A DNA stretch of 64,000 nucleotides from Lobosporangium transversale. Its lineage: Eukaryota. Below, in pieces: positions 56,297 through 64,000 of this stretch. The notes under the pieces are model-generated. The model did no database searches, was not told where the DNA came from, and saw only the letters and a list, made by a program, of their open reading frames with translations. Both the position numbers and the translations under genes were made by a program. Location: NCBI RefSeq assembly GCF_002105155.1, contig NW_019028980.1, forward strand, positions 558,001 through 622,000. Reading direction: 5' to 3'. Each line of letters begins with the position of its first letter. Position 1 is the first letter of the stretch.

Positions 56297-57466
56297 ATGA
56301 AAATGCCCCCTATCACCAACACTCGCATTGTTCGAATAAAACTAATCCCTGCTAGAGGAAAGTTTACAACTGATCTTGTCAAGACTGAGACTGTCGAACT
56401 TGATATCCAGTTAAATGATGGCGAGATCCTCATCCGCAATCTTTATTTGGCTTTGGATCCATGTAAGCCCCCCATACAGCCCATCAATCATGACCGTGTG
56501 GTTCCTAAGTGCTCTTTATTATAAGCAAAATAGTCACATCCTCATATTTTTCATGGATTTCGTGGTACATTTTCACCTTAGTTAATCACTTCTTGTTCGA
56601 AGAAGACCCAGGAAGAGTTGAAACCATTGGCCAGTCCGTTACTGGTTACGGCCTTGGAGAGGTCATCGAGCCCAAGAACAGTGCTTTCCTGTCAACTCTA
56701 TTGTTCAAGGCTTCGCCGTCGGTTGGGAACAGTATTCGTATGTCACCAACCCTAAGGCATCAGGTGTTGTGATTATCCCTGACCCTGCAAGTAACCCTAA
56801 AATCCACCCAGCAGAGTACCTTAGTGCTTTAGGAAGTAACGAGCTCACTGCGTACGCAGCTGCAGAAAGAGTCATCAAGTCCGAGAAGGGCCAGGTGGTT
56901 TACATTTCTTCCGCCGCTGGGTCTGTGGGCGGGTTTTTTGTCTTCTTGGCTAAGCGTGCGGGAGCATTTGTGATAGCTAGTGCTGGTTCAGATGAAAAAG
57001 CCGAGTATTTATTGAAGCACTTGGGAGCAAATGTGGCACTTAACTACAAGACCAGAGACATTGGGATCGAGTTGGATGCTGCATCCACGCCAAGAGGAGG
57101 TATCGATGTCTATATCGATCTTGTCGGTGGTGAGACTTTGGATATAGTCTTTAAAAAGATTAAACCAAATGACCATATTGTAGCAATCGGAGCCATCTCG
57201 TCTGTAGGCACAGAGACCCCCTATGGCTACCACAACTTTGGGCAAATCGTTATAAAAGCCATTAATATCGAGGGGTTCAATGTGCTTCAGCATTTGGATT
57301 TGTATCCTCAATTATGGAAGGAGATTGGGCCTTTGATCGCCAGCGGTGAGTTCAAGGGCCAGAAGTTGACAGTCCTCAAAGCACTGGACAATGTTCCTCA
57401 GAATATGAGGATTATTTGAACGGAAAGTACCATGATAAAATTGTTGTTGAGGTTGCCGCTTCATAA
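56297..57466 (+). pseudogene. NADP-dependent alkenal/prostaglandin reductase (PTGR1/CurA-like MDR), frameshifted
   Basis: ILIRNLYLALDP, VYISSAAGSVG, ASAGSDEK, IDVYIDLVGGETLD and GAIS. Intron 56463-56581; 1-nt frameshifts near 56690 and 57402; TATAAAA at 56188. Confidence 0.8.
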
Positions 57467-59474
57467 ATGAAGAGGCAGTGGTGTAATCTTCCAAGCAAAT
57501 AAAAAACTTTTTTTTTTTTTTGCCTCATTTAAGAACAGTAACAATGTAATATAATATTTTGCATTTCGACAGAGGAGTCAACTGAAATGGCAGTCTTTGA
57601 CTACCAAGTGTGTAGTAATAGTAAATAAGGTACTTTTTAGAGGATGGGGGAAAGCACCACGCACAGAGTGTCAGCCCTGAAGGATTTGCCAGCTTTTACT
57701 TCAAGTAGCCAAACCAAGTACCTGATTAAGTAAAAAAAGACTATCCTGACCTGAAGCCTGCTTTCAAGTAGAATATGGCTATGAACCAGATGTGATTCTC
57801 TCCTTGTTACATGCTTTTACAATCATCTTCTCAGGTCTAGAAATAAAAAAAAAGGGAAATGTGTTTATAGCGCTTTGTATCGCTTGAACCGCAAAGGTTT
57901 AACGAACAAAGTTATCGCCCATATCCTACTGGCATAGATAAGATATAGACAAACTAATGTTGATGTTGACAGCGTAGGAGAAGGTGTATCTAAGATAGAG
58001 GCAACTGCAAGCATGGGCTCACGAGAAAAGGCAAAAAGCAGCTTACTCAGTTACAAAGTGTATGTACTGCTTTCAACGGGAATACACGAATCGTACCGGC
58101 GCTCGTGTAGTCCAAGCTTAATTGACCCTCAAGGATGGAGCGTTTCCATATACCCACATAATACTCGAGATCATCAACCTAGATATTCAGTTGAATAATA
58201 GTGAAATCCTCCTTCCTATCCTCTAACAGGCCCTTTATATGTATCGACTGCCATCGTAAGAAGAATCCCTATGAATCAGCTTATACTTAAGTCGAGACGC
58301 TGAGTGAAGCTTAAGACAAAATCTGTAATGGAACATTAATCATGTTAGTATGCGCTCCATTTCACCTACATCTATCTCAACCACACATCATCCTATATAT
58401 TCCTTTTAGTCATTCGATATTCGTTTGAAGAAGTCCTTAGAAGGGCTGAGACAAATAGCCAAATTGAAGAAGTGATAGAGTCCGAGAATAGAAGGTCTCT
58501 TATCAATTCCAAGGAATTAAGTTTCAGTATTAGATGGGAGCAATCTGACCCAAACTCAACTACAAGGCAATTTTGCCATTCCTAGTTCACATCAAAGCTC
58601 AAAGTCTCTTCAGATAGAATATATGAATGATCTCAGGCATGGCAGATTTGGTGCCTATGTGGTCGTCGAGACACTAATTAGCTTCAAGAAAAGCCGATAG
58701 GTCTTGATCTCTGCTATAATCTCTATTGGTTCATTAGTTACTGTCTTGAGAGTGTAGAAGTCGGAAGGTGGTGGTATCAATGTAGATAATGTTGAGGGCG
58801 AGATGTTGGATATTGCATTGGAGGGATTGAAAGCGAATGGAGAAGTGGTTATGGCTGTTAGTTTTCCAACTGTGGCTGCGAAGATGCCATGTACAACCAG
58901 GAAACTTGACTAAAGGGATTGACTAATTCAGGGGGCTCAAGCTTTCGCGCAACTGGCTCTGTTCCTTCGGCTGTAGGATGAGGTTGGATCGTTGATTGCT
59001 GGAAGAGCTCGAGATTGGAACAGAGAGTTATCCAGAGTGTAGGCAGAAACGCGATCTGTTGTGACTGCACTGCTTAAATGCTCCTGTTTACGCGCCAGAC
59101 ATGAACAACAGAGCAGAGAGAAAGAAGGAGCAAATGGTTTTATTAAACTTCATCCTCATTCTCTTTTGATTCCTTTTCTTTTTTTTTTATTCCTTCTTAA
59201 ACATAAATATTATAAAAAACCAACTTAGTTTCTATCATTCTTTCTGTTTGTAAATATTAATAACGACTCTCTAAACTGCATCGTTTTAAACACAACGCTT
59301 TTTTTTTTTTTTTTTTGTTAATCTTCTCGGCTTGTGCTTCAACGTTTCAGTATTTTTGTTTATGTCCATATCTATGTCTGCATAGTATCAGGCCAGCCAT
59401 CACACCATCACACCATCACTCTCCTCTCACCATCCAAAATATTCAATATACTGTATTAATACGAAGAAGCAGCA

Positions 59475-59640
59475 ATGACCCCTGAGGAGCTTGCAGCTCT
59501 GTTCAAACGTCGAGGGGACTTTGACAACACCCGCAAAAACCTCTTTAACGAATTCCAAAATAGTGTATGTGTCCTTCATCTGATGCGAACAGTTGATGAT
59601 ACTGAAGTGAGCGATACGACAATCCATGCGCGACTCAAAA

Positions 59641-59671
<31 letters not shown>

Positions 59672-62372
59672 TGCATTAAATTTGCTACTTATTCGTTCAA
59701 TGCAGGCCGTTGGGAAGCAATTCACAAAGCAGCTTAGCGACATTATTCAGAAATGTGTAGATGAAGATCCTGGATTGTTACGACGGGAAAAGTCAGAGTT
59801 CCATCAACTTATGGTTGAACGCATTACAAAGTAAATATCTCACTTCTTATGAGCCACATGTGCTAAGCATGGTAAATACCTTACGCAAAGGACAACACGT
59901 AGGCAAAACAGGACTTTAACCAGCTAAAAAAAACGTTTAAATAGATCTTCTGAATATAAGAAGGTTCATCAGTTCGCAGACTCACAACTTCAGCCTTCGC
60001 AATATATGGGCAAAATTGAAAGGACGCTTATGACTATTGTCAAGGAACAGGCACCACCAACACCAGGTATTCCCTCCCTTTTTTTATTTGTTTATATACA
60101 CCATTTAATATTGCATGTTCTTTAAAATCAAAATAACTAATCTAGTTTATATCATATAGAAAAAGAAGCAACGATAGATCAAGACAAGCATAAAGCTAAA
60201 GAAAACAATAAGGGAAAGGAAAAGGATAAAGACACAGATAGAGAGAAGGATAGAGACAAGGAAAAGGAGAGGGATCAAAAGAGCACCAAAAAGAATCACG
60301 TCGCTGGCACGACAAATATCAAAGAGGAAGCGGGATCGCCTTTGTCATCACAATCATCAACCTTCAACTCAAAACAGGAGTCTAGTCCATATAAAAAACT
60401 GCCATTGCCTCTACCACCAACACCCTCCATCAAGAAGGAGGACTCTAATAATAGGCCGCGTTATAAAGATCATCGGGCCCTCAGGAGGGAACTGGATCTT
60501 AGTTTGCCGCCACGCCCACAACCAAAGAAGAAAGAGCCATCCACAGCTGGTACCCACACCCCTGCTACTACCATTATTGGAAGCAATACCACACTTGCCG
60601 TCGCCACACATGATACCAAAAAGGAAATCGGTTCCAAAGTTCCAGGACTCTCATCTGATGCTTCTCACCCATCAATATCGAAGCAACCCTCTATAGAATC
60701 GCCAAAACAAGGGCACGCTGAAAAAACACAACCAAATGGGATGGATACAGCCAGTGATAGTCTTAATATTATGACAAATGGAGATATCAACAACATTGCC
60801 AACTCAGCAACCAAGGAGGGTATAGATACTGAGAGTGAAAATGTCCCTACCACAGACTCCGCAATATCAGCAGTTTCATCCACTATTACAGTAATACCGA
60901 AGAAGAGGAATAGACGACGTAGTGTCGCCTCTAATTCATCGTTATCGAGTCCACCATCCAGCTCTGGACCAGAATCCGATGGCGAAGGCGGTGAGAGACG
61001 AGGCAGCAGAGCTAAGAAGTTGGCAAAGAAAGCCCCTAGGGAGCATGATAGTAACGAGGCCGCCGGCGATAGCACTGCAACTGCTGCAGCAGTAGGCGAC
61101 GATCGGAATACTGTAAAGCGTCATAGCTCTATGGAAAATGTTGAACCGAGCGCTTCTGCAGTAGACTCTGAGGATACCGGAGCATCACTAAATAGTATGG
61201 ACATCGTAGAGGACCCTTTGGCTTCTATCGATGCGGCTGAAGCCAAAGCTTTGAAGCCAGATAATTCAAAAGGCGACTCCAACACCGAGACAGACGAAGG
61301 TATCGATATCAAGAGGAATGAAGATTTCAAGAATAGGCCAATCTTGACCAAAGATAAAGATAAGATTGAGGCGGGCACAACGACCGAAGTAGAAAGCAGC
61401 ATGGATGTAGATGAAGACCCCCCTACGACGAATGGTGGTGCTAAAGAGATAACGCCTGCGATGTCAGGCAATTCTGGTACTAATGAATCGATTGCACAAT
61501 CAGAGTGCAAAGCGGATATATCGAATAGTGATAGCCAAAAGGAATCGACACCAAACATTTCTCTCAAATCACCTGTCATACCTGCCACAGGTCTCTCCCT
61601 ACATAATACTCGATCGAGCCCGTCACCTTCATCGTCCTCAACCCCAGTGTCTAACCGAAACTCTCCTGCTATTACGGGAGTCAGCAGCAATAGTAGTCGG
61701 AAAAAGGAATCAGAGACGACTGACAATAAAAAACCGCTAAACAGTAGTAGCCATAGCCATTCCCATGGACACCATGGCTCCCACAATTCGAAGCGTTCTG
61801 GACACCATCATCAACCATTACCACAACGTCCTGCTATTGTCCCTTTACCGCCTAAACCAACAGTCCATGCTTCAAATCGAAGAACCAGCAATCACGCTCG
61901 TGACGGCCCCTCAGCAACTACGACAGGGACGGGGCCATCTTCATCGCACGGAAGCAAGCCGAGCGTCGGGGAAAGCGCAAGTAATGGAAGCCTTAAGTCT
62001 GGGTTCTCATCACCCTCTTCTAGTCTCCCAGTATTATCGATTTCGGGCCATCACAAGTCAGCTCCAGTTACTAGTCCTACAAGTAGTAGTAATTCTGTTA
62101 CTTCAGTAGTAAGCTCTGGCACTTCTGGGGCATCGCCCTCGACAATGACGGCAAAACAAGATAAAAATGCAACCGTAATACCCCCACCAACTACCCATGT
62201 TACGACACTATCATCGTCATCATCATTACCAACTTCATCTTCAGCAACCTCAATAGCCAAGCCAAAGCCCCATGTTAGGACTCCTATCCCACTTCCTCAT
62301 AAGCCTATCCCACTTCCTCCGAAACCCAATGTTGCAGCAGGTTCAGGATCCATAAAGAAAAAGCACAAGTAA
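59475..62372 (+). CDS. COMPASS Shg1/BOD1-domain protein with long disordered C-terminus, 4 exons
   Basis: MTPEELAALFKRRGDFDNTRKNLFNEF resembles the Shg1/BOD1 N-terminal motif (FKxxGxFDxxRK). Three GT-AG introns join it to the long ORF ending 62372. Confidence 0.78.
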
Positions 62373-62555
62373 AATAATACAATATATATATGTATATGTA
62401 GTGTCCTATTATGTATTGTGTAATTTGGTTTGTTTTGGTAACCAACCAAATAAAAGTAAAAATAAAAAGCGGGCACTGGTATCTCTCCTTGATTTGTTTT
62501 TATTTTTCTACCCTTGTTCTACATAGATCTAGGGATATTTCTCCATGATCCCTTT

Positions 62556-64000
62556 TTATGATGCCATGATTTCATTGTAAACGCGCTGATCCTGTTGCAT
62601 TTTTTCTACGATCCTGAATTTGTTCTCGTAAAACCGCTGTAACTCTGGATTATGGATGGGTTCAATAATATCCAAGGCCTCTGTCAGTCGCGTCATGGCA
62701 TCCCATAACATACCTTGCATGTTAGCCTCTGGTCCTCTCTGTTGGGATTCATAAGCGACAGCACCACAAACTGCAGCGCCCACGACTACAGCGGCATCCC
62801 CTCCACTTCCTGGCAAAACTACGGGCATCTGCATGATATCAGCAAGGACCTTAACAAAGACCCTATTCATCGATAACCCTCCAGAGATGCAAATTGTCTC
62901 AATAACATAGCCCGCTTTCCTTAGAGCGTCCAAAATCTGTCGTGTGCCCAAGGCCAGTGCCTGGACCGTAGCCAGATAAAGTGCAGCAAGACCATCAATG
63001 GTGTAATTGCTGTTCAAATCTAATCCAGAGATAAGGCCTCGCATGGTTTCATCTGCAAAAGGTGATCGGTTGCCATGATGATCCGGGGTCATATGAAGCC
63101 GCTTAGTGAGAAAGGCGATATCAGGTAGTGATTGCTTTTGTGCCAAAGATTCGAGATGTTGATTGAGGTATTCGTAGACGGACACTTCTTTCTGAAGACT
63201 GCCTGATAAGGCTTTGGCTTTTTCTAATGCCTCATTGTAAGCTGGATGCGATTTGGTGAGATGGTCAATTAACTGACCTGTAGAAGATTGCCCTCCTTCC
63301 GCAACCCACATGTCTGGTAACATGACTCCATGGAATGGACCCCATACTCCTAAAAATAAAATAAAAAAACTGGAATGTCAGTGAGATTATAGAGCCATTT
63401 CAAAAAAAAAAAAAAAAAAAAAAAAAAAAAGCCTCTGCTTTGACTTTTCAATTTTCGGTACCTGGAACAAAGATGGGCCTATCGCTCATGACGAGGTAAC
63501 AGGATGATGTTCCACAGATCGAAGAAATCCGCTTACTGGCTTCGTCAACAGTTGCTTGCCGCCCATTCAATTTTGCTCCCAGAGTACCAATAGCACCCGC
63601 ATAAGCATCAATAACGGCACCCCCAACAGCAGTCCCTGGAACCAGGCCTAGCTCCTTAGCTGCTTGTTCACTTAGCCCACCAATATGCTCGCCTGCAAAG
63701 TGGACTTGCTTGCCTCCAGAATTGCCAACACCACATAACTTCTGAAAGTCGTCATCTGCAATGTCGCCCAACCCAATTTGTTGCAAGAACTCCACGGGCC
63801 AGCCCTGATGAATTGCTTTATCCCCATCGTCACTACTCTTATTAGCACCAACTTCAGGGCCAGCTTTGTAGCACCATTTACAAACAACAGAGCATCGACT
63901 AGGGAGATAGTCGCCCGTCGCCTTCCAAGTTAAAAAGTCAGGCAAGTCAAACAATCGTCCAATGGATTGCCATTGTTCCTTGGACATATTGTCCTTGAGC
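62556..64000 (-). CDS. FGGY: FGGY-family carbohydrate kinase (D-ribulokinase-like), 5' end outside window
   Basis: FDLPDFLTWKATG, CSVVCKW, VIDAYAG, ICGTSSC, EGGQSSTG, PDHHGNRSP and SGGLSMN; intron 63350-63461. Confidence 0.92.

Noticed and set aside
58300..59100. Coding-like composition on the minus strand
   Set aside because: Stops in all frames and no recognisable family; may be a decayed gene but cannot be supported.

Overview
Intron-rich, AT-rich eukaryotic DNA with many 20-40 nt poly(A)/poly(T) tracts. Gene content and style suggest an early-diverging fungus, probably Mortierellaceae (inference, not proven). 0-27 kb is a compact housekeeping block: SLC17-like MFS transporter, DEDDy 3'-5' exonuclease, SR splicing factor, NUG1, PAC2, SPT4, ESA1, DUS2, TSR2 and RSP5. 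This block also holds two near-identical U3 snoRNA genes, forming a 401-bp inverted duplication ~8.4 kb apart, which the ORF track cannot show. 27.5-32.5 kb is a transposon nest: a dead Tc1/IS630 transposase, an intact piggyBac-type ORF without visible TIRs, a decayed XPG/PIN-like gene and a Helitron 3' end. Next come a COX7C/COX8 gene, a Crz1-like C2H2 transcription factor and a ~14.5 kb gene-free region. The window ends with a triple-KH RNA-binding protein, a bacterial-type DusA with a probable mitochondrial presequence, a frameshifted NADP oxidoreductase, a Shg1/BOD1-domain gene and a partial FGGY kinase. Exon structures were read by eye and no database searches were run. I cannot demonstrate a new biological system; the best leads are the U3 duplication, the piggyBac-type gene, the SR-gene poison-exon candidate and DusA.
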